The position numbers and the translations under genes are program-made. Of a stretch of DNA of 64,000 nt, positions 11,492-22,993 are shown piece by piece. The stretch's first letter is position 1; every line of letters begins with the position of its first letter. Location of the stretch: assembly GCF_001194135.2 (NCBI RefSeq), contig NC_068990.1:28876836-28940835 (forward strand), in the 5' to 3' direction. The notes under the pieces were generated by a model. That model ran no database searches. It saw only the letters and a list, made by a program, of their open reading frames with translations, and was not told the DNA's origin. The DNA comes from Octopus bimaculoides. Lineage: Eukaryota.

Positions 11492-12091
11492 CAGGGCCAG
11501 ATTAAGACCGATGATGCCTAAAGCATGTACAAGATTTTGATGCCCCCCTTATGTACGTAATTTAAAATATAACCAAAATAAACCATAAAATAAATTTCTA
11601 TTTTTCAAAAGGAACAAAACTAAGAGTAAGACGGAAAATAATGTTTATTTTTGTTATACTCCCGCTTTGTTCACATTTGAAAATTTTTCTCCTTCTCCTT
11701 TTAATTGCAAAGTCTTTGATCAGAGTCTCACTATGATACAATGAACACTTTGAAAATTATATTTCTGATCACGCAAACCACTTTGAATATCATTTTAGCA
11801 AGTTTAAAGTGATTTCTTTTGTGCTGTAAACCATTTACCATTTCTACGGTGCCCCACTTTCCTTGACGCCCTAAACACATGCTTATTTTGTTGTTAATCC
11901 AGTGCTAACCATCAGTCACTCTTTTTCACACTTCAGAGCCAGCTTGTGGCTGAAGACAGCTGAAAGAAGTCTCCCAAGTTTAAAGTAATTTCTTTTGTGT
12001 TGTAAACCATTTACCATTTCTGTGGTACTCCACCACTTCCCTTGGTGTCCTAAGTACATGCATATTTTGCATTATGGTTAATCCAGTGCAG
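11492..12091. mobile_element. Non-autonomous hAT (Tip100-like) element
   Basis: Left end CAGGGCCAGATTAA and imperfect right end TTAATCCAGTGCAG (9/14). The 8-bp flanks TAAATATG / GAAATATG match at 7/8, consistent with a hAT TSD. The minus strand contains LIKDFAIKRRR, like the hAT dimerisation-domain end ..IDDFA.KKAR. Confidence 0.65.
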
Positions 12092-12801
12092 GAAATATGA
12101 TTTTATTTCCAAGGATGATTTACCTCTCAACACTTTGGTTTCTACAAGCTTTTCAAATTATTTTAGAAATTAAAAAAATCCAAGAAGAGAAGATAAATAA
12201 TATGATATATTCAAAAATAGTTTTCATTGAAATACAACTGTTTTCACATTTACCTAATCCTTTGCTCTTGTTTAATGTGCTTGAATTAGATATTTGTCAT
12301 TTATTCAATTAAATTACAAAATATAAAATTAATACTGCGACTGTATCTGTATTACAGTTCATTAGATACCAGTCTGCTGCAAATGGTGTGGAAAATAACA
12401 TCATTTCTAACTTGAAAAATAATATTTCATAAGAAATACAATCATGTTCTCTTCAACTGAATACGTCTTCATTGAGAACAAAACTGGTTTTTTTATAGCA
12501 ACTTTTCAACCTTGACAGCACAGGATACTCTGCTAACATTAATGGCAGAGAGTCATTTGGGATTTAAATTCTTGCTGAAAAGTAGCTGATCACCATCAGC
12601 AGGAAACTTCAGGTCCCAGAAATGTAACAAAAATTTTATTGAAAAGAACCTTCCTGGAGTTGAATACTTATTCTTCCAGTTTGTTACTAAAATATGTATG
12701 CATTTCAATGGCTCCAAGGAAGCTATGACATGTTGCACAAACACTCATCTAACTCAGCCGACTCTAAAAATCTGTAGTGAGGCATATCTTTATTGATGCC
12801 C

Positions 12802-12838
12802 CTGATGAGACCCAGACTGATGGGTCGAAACATATGTT
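12802..12838 (+). ncRNA. Hammerhead-ribozyme-like core (stem I not pairable)
   Basis: CTGATGA-GACCCA[gactga]TGGGTC-GAAA-palindromic ACATATGT-T. Confidence 0.4.
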
Positions 12839-13545
12839 ATACCCTGTAAAGAGTAATACCAAATCCATCTCCTGTTAATTAATATTATTACCCTAACTGC
12901 CACTGCAGAGTTCCTGAAGTAAATCCAACAGAAGTGTGCCGCAACTGCGGATGACAACAGGTAGCCTAAACTGTGCAGGTACTCTACTCAACATTTAAAC
13001 ACATTAATCGAATTACTCTGGGGTCTTGAATAATTGTTCTCCCACCCACGCTTATTAAGTTTTCAGATTTTTTCCAACTCCTGGCTTTTATTCCCAGCCA
13101 CCCTCACCCCACTTATTAATACTTATTAATTTTCCAGACATCTTTCAACCTGCCCCCGATTTTATCCCCCCCCCCNNNNNNNNNNNNNNNNNNNNNNNNN
13201 NNNNNNNNNNNNNNNNNNNNNNNNNNNNNNNNNNNNNNNNNNNNNNNNNNNNNNNNNNNNNNNNNNNNNNNNNNNNNNNNNNNNNNNNNNNNNNNNNNNN
13301 NNNNNNNNNNNNNNNNNNNNNNNNNNNNNNNNNNNNNNNNNNNNNNNNNNNNNNNNNNNNNNNNNNNNNNNNNNNNNNNNNNNNNNNNNNNNNNNNNNNN
13401 NNNNNNNNNNNNNNNNNNNNNNNNNNNNNNNNNACATGTTATATAAAATAAATAGGATATATAAACTAAATAACTAATTCTGGTTTTAGAGAAAAAATCA
13501 AGGGTGAAAGCCTAGAAAATTTTAAATAATGATTTACACCATTTT

Positions 13546-13780
13546 GAGCATGGCCGTTGCCAGTACTGCCTGACTGGCCTTCGTGCCAGTGGCACGTAAA
13601 AGCACTCACTACACTCTCGGAGTGGTTGGCGTTAGGAAGGGCATCCAGCTGTAGAAACTCTGCCAAATCAGATTGGAGCCTGGTGTGACCATCTGGTTTC
13701 ACCAGTCCTCAATCAAATCGTCCAACCCATGCTAGCATGGAAAGCGGACGTTAAACGAACGATGATGATGATGATGATGA
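13546..13780 (+). mobile_element. Family C repeat with (GAT)n tail
   Basis: gtggcacgtaaaagcac..ggagtggttggcgttaggaagggcatccagctgtagaaac..caacccatgctagcatggaaagcggacgttaaacga(gat)n; tail type seen on RTE retroposons. Confidence 0.8.
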
Positions 13781-13965
13781 TTTCTCATTTGGGCACAAGG
13801 CCAACAATTTGTGGGGTGGGACAAATGGATTAAAGTGGCCCAGTACATTACTGGTGCTTTATTTTATTGACCCCCTAGGGATGAAAGGTAAAGCTAACCT
13901 CAATGGGATTGGACTCAGAACGTAATGAGTCATAACTCAATGCTGCAAGGTACATTGTCCAGCAT
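13781..13965 (-). mobile_element. SINE family A, old copy
   Basis: ggcacaaggcc..cccagtac..ctggtgctttattttattgaccc..ggatgaaaggtaaag..actcagaacgta. Confidence 0.65.
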
Positions 13966-14712
13966 TTTAAAGGGAAGAGGAAAGTCGATTAAACTGACTC
14001 CCATTACTGGTACAAAACAACAAACCCTAGGGAATTCATTATTATTTTGACTGACACAAATTGTGAATCAGCATGACAGAAAAAAAACAAAACAGATGAC
14101 AGGAATTGGAAGAAAAGCTGGAGTGTTCTATTTGTTTTCATAATGCATGGAAGAAACATATTTATCCAATGTATATGTAGCCAATGTTCATGCGGGTGAG
14201 CCTTCAACATTTTAGGGCATTGGTAACCTTCAATCCCTAAGAAGAGCAATCGTTTCAAGACACAACACACCTGTTTCAGGACACATAGAAAACAAGGAAA
14301 TTGCTGTCAGAAAATATGCTTTATACAACCAGCCAGAGTTTATAAAAACTTGCAGCTGGAAAACTGCCCCAGTCTGCAACATACACGTGAGTTTATGCTA
14401 TTCCACGCTGTAGTTAACAGATCTTCATTTTCAATTTCTCTACAATTTCTCTACCAATGACCAACACAAATTTCATGCAAGCTACGAACTTCAATAACAT
14501 ACATACGCACACACTCACACACACGCACACACACATACACACACACACACCTATCTATAAATATTATAAAAGTGAATTCTCAAAAGACAAATCAAAACTC
14601 ATCTCACAGCAAATATCAATTACTATATGAGAGAGAGAGAGAGAGAGAGAAAGAGAGATAGAAAGAGAGAGAGATAGAAAGAGAGAGAGATAGAAAGAGA
14701 GAGGGAGAGAGG

Positions 14713-14746
<34 letters not shown>

Positions 14747-14934
14747 GGGAGAGAGAGAGTGCATAAACATTGAAAATGGTGCCATTACAAATGAATGAAT
14801 TTCCTAAACCATATAAAAAACATGTACATGTAGAAAACAGAAAGAGAAACAAAAATTGAAAGTAATTTTAAATATTTTGCACTCAGGAACCAAGGCATTG
14901 GTTTTTTCTGAAGCATGAATTAAATTGATTCAGA

Positions 14935-15435
14935 GTCTGTGTGAGTGTGTGTGCATGTTTGTATGCATGAGTGAGTGAGTGTGTGTGCATGTGCATGTGT
15001 GTGTGTACGTGTGTGTGTGTGTATGTGTGCGTATATGTGTCTGTGTGCGTGCATGTGTGTTTGTGCGTGTGTGTGTGTATGTGTGTGTGCGTGTGTGTAT
15101 GTGTGCGCGTGTGTATGTGTGCATATGTGTGCGTGTATGTGTGTGTGTGCACGTGTTTGAGTGTGTATGTGTGTATGCATGTGTATGTGTGTGTGTGTGC
15201 ATGTGTGTGAATGTGTGTGTGCGTGTGCATGCGTGTGTTTGTGCATCTGTGTATGCATGTGTGTGTATATGCGTGTGCGTGCTTGTGTGTATGTGTGCTT
15301 GTGTCTCTATGTGTGTGTATGTGCATGTGTGCGTGCGCACGTGTATGAGTGTGTATATGTGTGTGCATGTGTATGTACATGTGTGTGTATGTGTAAGTGT
15401 GTGTGTGTTGTGTGTTGTGTGTGTGTGTGTGTGTT
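14935..15435. repeat. ~500-bp degenerate (TG)n / alternating purine-pyrimidine tract
   Basis: Directly visible; source of ORFs 14883-15527. Confidence 0.95.
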
Positions 15436-15596
15436 ACAAAGCACGTAGCTACATCATCCTGTCCATTCGTCATCCAAGGCAAGAGAGAAAGAGTGAACTT
15501 TGCTTCCCCTGTGTGAGTCGATTATGACATCATAAAAATCAGCTCACAAACATGGATAAAGACAATAATCTCTACTAAACACTGAAGTTTAGTGAG

Positions 15597-15750
15597 CAGG
15601 CGCTAGAGTGGCTGTGTGGTAAGTAGCTTGCTTACCAACCACATGTGACAGGAAAGGCATCCGACTAGAAAATCTGCCTCAGTAAATTTCGTCTGACCCA
15701 TGCAAGCATGGAAAAGTGGATGTCAAATAACGATGAAGACGATGATGATG
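15597..15750 (+). mobile_element. SINE B head fragment joined to family C tail
   Basis: caggcgctagagtggctgtgtggtaagtagcttgcttaccaaccacatg, then ggaaaggcatcc..acccatgcaagcatggaaaagtgga..(gat)n. Confidence 0.7.
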
Positions 15751-16043
15751 TTTTCGGTGAGAGTGTACAGCGGTGAAAATATTGCTAGTGCAAATATCTT
15801 AAGTAAACACATGTAAACATATACACATATGAAATGAAATGAAGATTGAAGCCAATTATAAGCATTTTCCGCCTCAGACATATGTAAACATAATCACATA
15901 CCTATACCAAACAGACACACACACAGACACACACACAGACACACACACAGACACACACACAGACACACACACAGACACACACACTCACACAAAGTAAATG
16001 TAGATATTTATATGTGTATATATATAATGTATATGTGTATAGC

Positions 16044-16074
<31 letters not shown>

Positions 16075-17098
16075 GTATGTACGTATGCAAGTAGGTATGT
16101 ATGTGTGGGTGAGTGTGTGTTGTGTGTGTGTGTGTGTGTGTGTTGTGTGTGTGTATGTGTGTATGTGTGTATGGAATATAGGAAGATTCTTGAATCAAAG
16201 ATCAAGGAGACCAGAAATCCAAAGAGGACTCTGTATGAGCTAAATATAACTGGAGAGCAAATAGTTACATCTGTAAGATAAAGAAATGTATATAATAAAT
16301 ATACATACATACATATATATACATGTGCACGCATACATGCACACACACACACATATACACACATACACACACACTCACACATATATATATATGCATATTA
16401 TATACATATGTATATATATATATATGTACGTATGTATGTATGTATAATGCACGCTCTCACATAATTATTTACATTATTCACATACAGATAAACAGACATC
16501 CAATTAGGAGAGAAATTCATATGTAATTGAAAATGATTAATTAAGACCAGTTCTCGTTGAGTGAAATAGAAGTTTGGTACAAGAATAATGTCTCCAGAAT
16601 AATCAGAAGACAACCATCAGAAGCAAACCAACTTACAAAATGCTACTTTTTCTTGAAAATATTTTGAATGGATCAATATATCTCTCATTCGGATTGCTCT
16701 TAATCTAATGCTCCCACTTGTGAGCCTATTGTTTTTGTCTTCAAGTGTTAAAAATCTTCTTCTATGTATGAAAAATTTTCAACTCAAAGTTTGTTTTCCT
16801 GTTCTTTCTGTCAATTTGAAAATTTTGACACGAAATAAAAATTTGAGACAAACTGAAAATTTTCATTGATTAAGATTTAAATTTCATCAAAATTCGTTGT
16901 AAAAAAAAATTCTTTGGTTTAATTATTTATTTAATTATTATTTCATCAATTTGAAATTTTAAATCAAAATATTTTGGAAAATAAAAAAATATACTGAAAG
17001 GAATTGAATCTAAACGTCTGTTCTATGTTTCAGGTTATAGCTAAAGTTTCATTCAAGTTTGTAAATGTGTATACATGTATACAAATATATATACATAC

Positions 17099-17130
<32 letters not shown>

Positions 17131-18402
17131 NNNNNNNNNNNNNNNNNNNNNNNNNNNNNNNNNNNNNNNNNNNNNNNNNNNNNNNNNNNNNNNNNNNNNN
17201 NNNNNNNNNNNNNNNNNNNNNNNNNNNNNNTATATATCTTGTTTTCCTCATTTTATTTCTTAAGAGTTGCATTAGAATACAAATATTTTTCACTTTTCTG
17301 CTGTCACAAAATTCCAGTGTCTGCGAAGCAGCCGTAGACACATGGAACATTAAAATAATACTAAAATTGCACGTCAAATACAACTTCCAGACAGAAAACA
17401 GTTATTTATTCCTGGAAGAGTGAAATAAAGAAAAGAGCAAATAAATGTTGAAACTGATAATATAAATATATAGATACACAGAGGGAATTTGGGGGATAAA
17501 CTCTACCACAATATGTCAATCCGCCAGAAACGTAAGGCCTTTTTCCATTATGTTATCGTCTTAATTACAATGAATATTGGAAAGCCAAACTAAAAGGTAA
17601 GTTTCAGAAAGACAACTAAATATTCATCTCAATAAAACTATACTAAAGACGTACCAAAGATTTTCTTTCCAGCTATGAAAAACAAAAACAATCAGAAAGA
17701 AAAAAAATTCCTTTACTACAAAAAGCGTCTCGGCAGATTAATGGGAAAACATCTGATTGCTGTTGTTTTTCGTCATTGCAGAACACCTCCAACATTAGCG
17801 GATGTATTACATAACACTTGCGATTCGTCGATGTAGGGAGCTTAGAGACACCGCGGTGTTTTGGCCTTCTTGTGGGTCCCCTCAGTCGAAGCTACCTAAC
17901 TGAATCGATAAATCTCAAAAAAAAAAAAGAAGCGAGCATTTCTTTATAAGAATCAGTAAACAAATTTTAAACTGGTGCATACTCATATATGACAATCCGT
18001 TAATAATTCATGACGTGCAGACTAAACAGTGAGACTCCAAAGAGTAACATATCTATTTATTCTGAAAACGTACAGGTTGTTTCGAAAGAGAATATCTAAT
18101 TGCTGTCGTTTTCTGTCATCTTTAATCTTTTTACTGGTTCGAATCAGATTTTGCGGTCATGATATAACATCACTATCATTTGCCATATTTTTACCCAATA
18201 AAAATTTATGCAGACCAAGAAAATTCAATAGGAAACGGAAACTAGCGGGCATTAAATACAAAATAATGCCTAATATACAAAATACCCCATAATAACGCCT
18301 TATACCTAAAATGATGCCTAATATGTAAGATAATAGCTTATAAATAAAATACCTTTTAATATATAAAGTAATGTCTTATACATGAATAATTCTTAATAGA
18401 TA

Positions 18403-18655
18403 AAAGTAAAGTAAATTTCCTTCCCGAGTCACACAGACTCATAGGAGCTGGATTCCTTGTTTCCTTGTCGTATATGTTCCCCTCCTGGACGGGGCACCGG
18501 TCCGTCGCAAGATTACGCATTTTTGCCAGCTGAGTGGACTGCAGCAACTTGAAATAAAGTGTTTTATACAAGAATACAACACGTCGCCTCGTCCAGGAAT
18601 CAAAACCAAAATCTTGAGTCCAACATCTCTAACTATTAAACCACGTGCCTCCACA
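18403..18655 (-). mobile_element. SINE family D, full-length
   Basis: Homologous to 9883 and 10358; (AAAGT)n tail; ends at ccacgtgcctccaca. Confidence 0.85.
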
Positions 18656-18687
18656 ATATATAAAATAATACCTTATTTATAAAACAA

Positions 18688-19440
18688 TGTGGTCCCCCTA
18701 CAAAAACAAGACATAATGAAGATCGAAGCGTCACAAAGACTAATCGCAAAAAATAATAAATGGCATGATGGGACTTGATTATTGGGCTCGACTTAAACAG
18801 CTGATGCTCTATTCTCTGCAACGCCGCCGTGAGCGATACATTATTTGCACCATGTGGGAAATATTCCACCAAATGATATTGGTATTATGTTTATAATTCA
18901 CCCAAGACTAGGCCCCCGTGCAATGCATCCCCTACAAAGGTCGAGATCACACACATAAGAACATTGCGGCACAATTTCTTCCCTACAAGTGATCTTGTCT
19001 TTTCAATGTTATCCCAAAAGAAATTAAAGTGGAAAAAGACCCCACAACTTTTAAATGATATTATCCAAATGATATTGGTATTATGTTTACAATTCACCCA
19101 AGACTAGGCCCCCGTGCGATGTGTCTCCTACAAAGGTTGAGATCACATCACATAAGAACATTGCGATGCAATTTCTTCACTGCAAATCGTCCTGTTCTTT
19201 TCAATGTTATCTCAAAAGAAATAAAAGTAGTAAAAGAGCCACAACTTTCAAACGGTACCTGGACAAATTCCTCCAGGAAATACCGGATAAACCACCTACA
19301 CCTGGATACGTCTCAACCAACAACAACTCTCTCCTTGAGTGGTCCATGGTGTCCCGAAATAATTAACTGACGTTTGCAGGTGGTGCTATTGGGTTAGTCA
19401 TGGCCTAGGACGATAATGACCGAAACCAATCTAAGTTATC
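18688..19440 (+). mobile_element. CR1/L2-group LINE 3' end with internal 196-bp tandem duplication
   Basis: WSPY..QDIMKIEASQR..INGMMGLDYWARLKQLMLYSLQRRRERYII..FKRYLDKFLQEIPDKPPTPGYVSTNNNSLLEW; duplicated unit starts at 18869 and 19065. Confidence 0.9.
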
Positions 19441-20143
19441 AAAAATAATGTCTTATATGTAACATAATACCTAATATAGGAAATAATGACTCATCTATAG
19501 AATTATGCTTAATGATGTTTCATGTATATGAAATAATGCCAAATAATAAACATAATGACAGAAATAATACCTAGTACTCAGTGAAATAATGTCCAGTGTC
19601 CAAAAGGTGATATGGTTACGATCGGAAAATCTTTCCCCTCATATAAGCGAGACTGCGGTTGATCTTAAAGCAGTAAAAATAGAAGAAAATAAAACGTTTG
19701 TTAACGTTGATGTAAAACTAAAATATTTTGAGCGATTATGGTTCAGATACTCGTATCGCAACTCAGATTCGAACGCAACAACATAAAGTATAATCCAATT
19801 CTATATTTCTCCAGAACAGGAAACAAAACACCGTATGTCGTAAAGTCAGAAAACCACTCGAATATTCCTAAATTTGAGATGAGAAAAATCAGTAACATTC
19901 GTTGCCTAAAGGAAGTCTGCGATAAGAAAATCCTAGCGCAATTATAACCATTATAGAAAAACAGCGAAACCATATAAAATTTAGATTAAGTAGATCCGCA
20001 GACATAATTTGTGAGAAAGCTTAGAGAAACAACGGACTGTCGATCACCCAGCAATCAATAGAGGCAAAGGTCAAATCCTAACAATAAATTCTTTGTTCTT
20101 AATTAAATTTCAAATTTCTTCATAAATCGGTAAAATGCTGATT

Positions 20144-20197
<54 letters not shown>

Positions 20198-20788
20198 NNN
20201 NNNNNNNNNNNNNNNNNNNNNNNNNNNNNNNNNNNNNNNNNNNNNNNNNNNNNNNNNNNNNNNNNNNNNNNNNNNNNNNNNNNNNNNNNNNNNNNNNNNN
20301 NNNNNNNNNNNNNNNNNNNNNNNNNNNNNNNNNNNNNNNNNNNNNNNNNNNNNNNNNNNNNNNNNNNNNNNNNNNNNNNNNNNNNNNNNNNNNNNNNNNN
20401 NNNNNNNNNNNNNNNNNNNNNNNNNNNNNNNNNNNNNNNNNNNNNNNNNNNNNNNNNNNNNNNNNNNNNNNNNNNNNNNNNNNNNNNNNNNNNNNNNNNN
20501 NNNNNNNNNNNNNNNNNNNNNNNNNNNNNNNNNNNNNNNNNNNNNNNNNNNNNNNNNNNNNNNNNNNNNNNNNNNNNNNNNNNNNNNNNNNNNNNNNNNN
20601 NNNNNNNNNNNNNNNNNNNNNNNNNNNNNNNNNNNNNNNNNNNNNNNNNNNNNNNNNNNNNNNNNNNNNNNNNNNNNNNNNNNNNNNNNNNNNNNNNNNN
20701 NNNNNNNNNNNNNNNNNNNNNNNNNNNNNNNNNNNNNNNNNNNNNNNNNNNNNNNNNNNNNNNNNNNNNNNNNNNNNNNNNNNNNNNN

Positions 20789-20819
<31 letters not shown>

Positions 20820-20899
20820 TTAATTAATGTTTGGCAGAAGCAAAAGTGTAACACAAGGGTTGAAAGTTGATCTAATTTCTGCCAAATATTGATTTCAAA

Positions 20900-21096
20900 T
20901 TTTGGCACAAGGCCAGCAATTTCGGCGCAGGAAGCAAGTCGATTACCACACTACTCAACTTGTACGTATTTTATCGACCCGAAAAGTATGACAGGCAAAG
21001 TCCACTCCTGCAGAATTTGAACTCAGACCGTAAAGACAGACAGAATGCCGTGAAACATTTCCCCCGGCGTGCTAAACCTTCTGCCTGCTTGACGCT
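20900..21096 (-). mobile_element. SINE family A
   Basis: ggcacaaggccagcaatttc..attttatcgacccgaaa..gaatttgaactcaga..ggcgtgctaa..tctgcc. Confidence 0.8.
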
Positions 21097-21445
21097 ATTC
21101 TTCTGTTCTATATTTATGTATATATATATATATATTATATGTCTCGAGTTCATTTCTCTATCTTTAGGATGAGTTTATCTACTCCTACTCCGTTGATTTA
21201 CGCCTAGAAATAAAAAATTCTTCAGAATGAGACTTGTGTTGGTTTACATATGCAGGTGTTATTAAATCATATGCCTTCTGGTGTAAATAAATAAACGTCC
21301 TCAAAATATTACCATGAGCATTTTAAGCATAAATCAAAAACAATATTGATAATATTTGACCTGTTGGCTCATATAAGCACGGACCACAAAACAATTCTGT
21401 TCGCTGAGAGCATAAACAAAACCAGAGGCTTTGGCTAGGTTCAAA

Positions 21446-21489
21446 GTTCCCGCTGACGAGACACGTGTCAAAACACCGTGTCCCAGAAC
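21446..21489 (+). ncRNA. Decayed type I hammerhead ribozyme
   Basis: GTTCCCG-CTGACGA-GAC[acgt]GTC-AAAA (G12 replaced by A at a CpG)-CACCGTG-TC (GUC site)-CCAGAAC; stem I pairs 5/7. Confidence 0.45.
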
Positions 21490-22759
21490 GCCGTGCGCCA
21501 CTGAGACGAGTGTATTGAACACAATATTGTCTGAACTGGAGAAGTTATTCTCCTAAGACATACACTACAGTGCCCAGCATATTATGCGTCGGAACTTGCC
21601 TATACGCGTTAAGAATTTAATATGCGAATATTCACCAAAATAGTATTAGTCAGCGCGTAGGAAGTGAAATGAACCAAGCCCTTGCTCCCGCAGTGCTATG
21701 ATTTATATTTATTATCTCATAATTCAGAGATGAATAATCTACAAAAAGGAGCTTCATATGATTCATATAAACGTAACCTTGGAAACCATGATTTGCTTAG
21801 GTTGCAGTTCCTGACCCCGAAACAGTTGTTTACACGACATAACTATTGATAGATACCATGGGAGAATTTAGTTCGATATTTCATCTCATAGAATAATCAC
21901 AGCTGAAGTGGGAATACTTTTACTATTTAATCAACAAATATTACATCAGATTATCTATGGTTGAGTTTAAATCTTGCCATAGTCATGGTCTTGGAGAACG
22001 TAATAGGAATCCATTCCTTTGATACGAAACATGAAAGGAAATCACCCAGTGAGGTGTGGAATATTGCCTCTGATGCTGTCTGGCTGTTAAACAATCAACT
22101 ATTGAAGCTAACCATTAATAATTAATAAATAAACAACCATTTAGATAACTAATAATTAGTTACATATTTCTATTTATTTCAATGTTGAACTGTTTCTATT
22201 CCAAGCATGACATATACGGAATGTATGTTTACAGTAACGGTAAACACAAATACACTGACGCAAACATACCCACATATACGCGCGTGCCGCAAACAAACAA
22301 ACACACACACTCACACAAAGGTTGCACGCATAAACACACACACTTCATACATCATACAAACAGATGTCTAGCATAAAAAAATAGTTGTTTAATTCCAATA
22401 CTACAACTCGTGAAAATATTTAGGAAAAGTACATATATAATTTTAAAATTAATTTATTTCGGAGTCTGGTTTGAACTTTCATTTGTATAAGGAATACTAT
22501 TTATATATCAATTAAAACATGAAATAAGCTTTTTCCTTTCTTACTTTTTTTTTTTTGTCTTTCTCACTTCGAATATGCTATTTTCTATCTTCTGGTGAAA
22601 GTCTTAAGACCAAACCATTAAATTTTCTTCTCTTCCATTCTTTAAGCAATACACTATAGAATATTTCTTAAAAGAAGGTCCTCTAGTTTTAGCTTTTATT
22701 TTTGCATCTTTATTCAATACATATCTGTTCTATATATAAATGTATATATGTGTGTGTCT

Positions 22760-22792
<33 letters not shown>

Positions 22793-22940
22793 TGTGCATG
22801 TGTGTGTGTAAAATCAAATAAATAATAACAGACGGAGATAACTGTCAGTTCATTACCACAGGTTTATCAACTCTGCCTGGTGCATAGTATTTTCAGGTAC
22901 CCGATTTTATCTGAATCCTTATTCTACTATACATACATGC

Positions 22941-22993
<53 letters not shown>

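Larger units (their letters stand above)
18260..19590. repeat. Degenerate ~19-20-bp AT-rich minisatellite (AAATAATGCCTAATAT..) interrupted by SINE-D and CR1
   Basis: Units at 18260-18400, 18656-18687 and 19441-19590. Confidence 0.65.

Noticed and set aside
12100-12750. Degenerate hAT (GTF2IRD2/SPIN-like) transposase on the minus strand (AEYPVLSR, MLFSTPFAAD)
   Set aside because: Only two short motif resemblances across many stops, with uncertain order; cannot be supported without a profile search.
14100-14200. RING finger start (ELEEKLECSICF)
   Set aside because: No following C-x-H/C-x2-C ligands in frame, and a stop soon after.
19589-19947. Two overlapping plus-strand ORFs as a frameshifted gene
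   Set aside because: No recognisable motif, splice signals or codon bias that I could establish.
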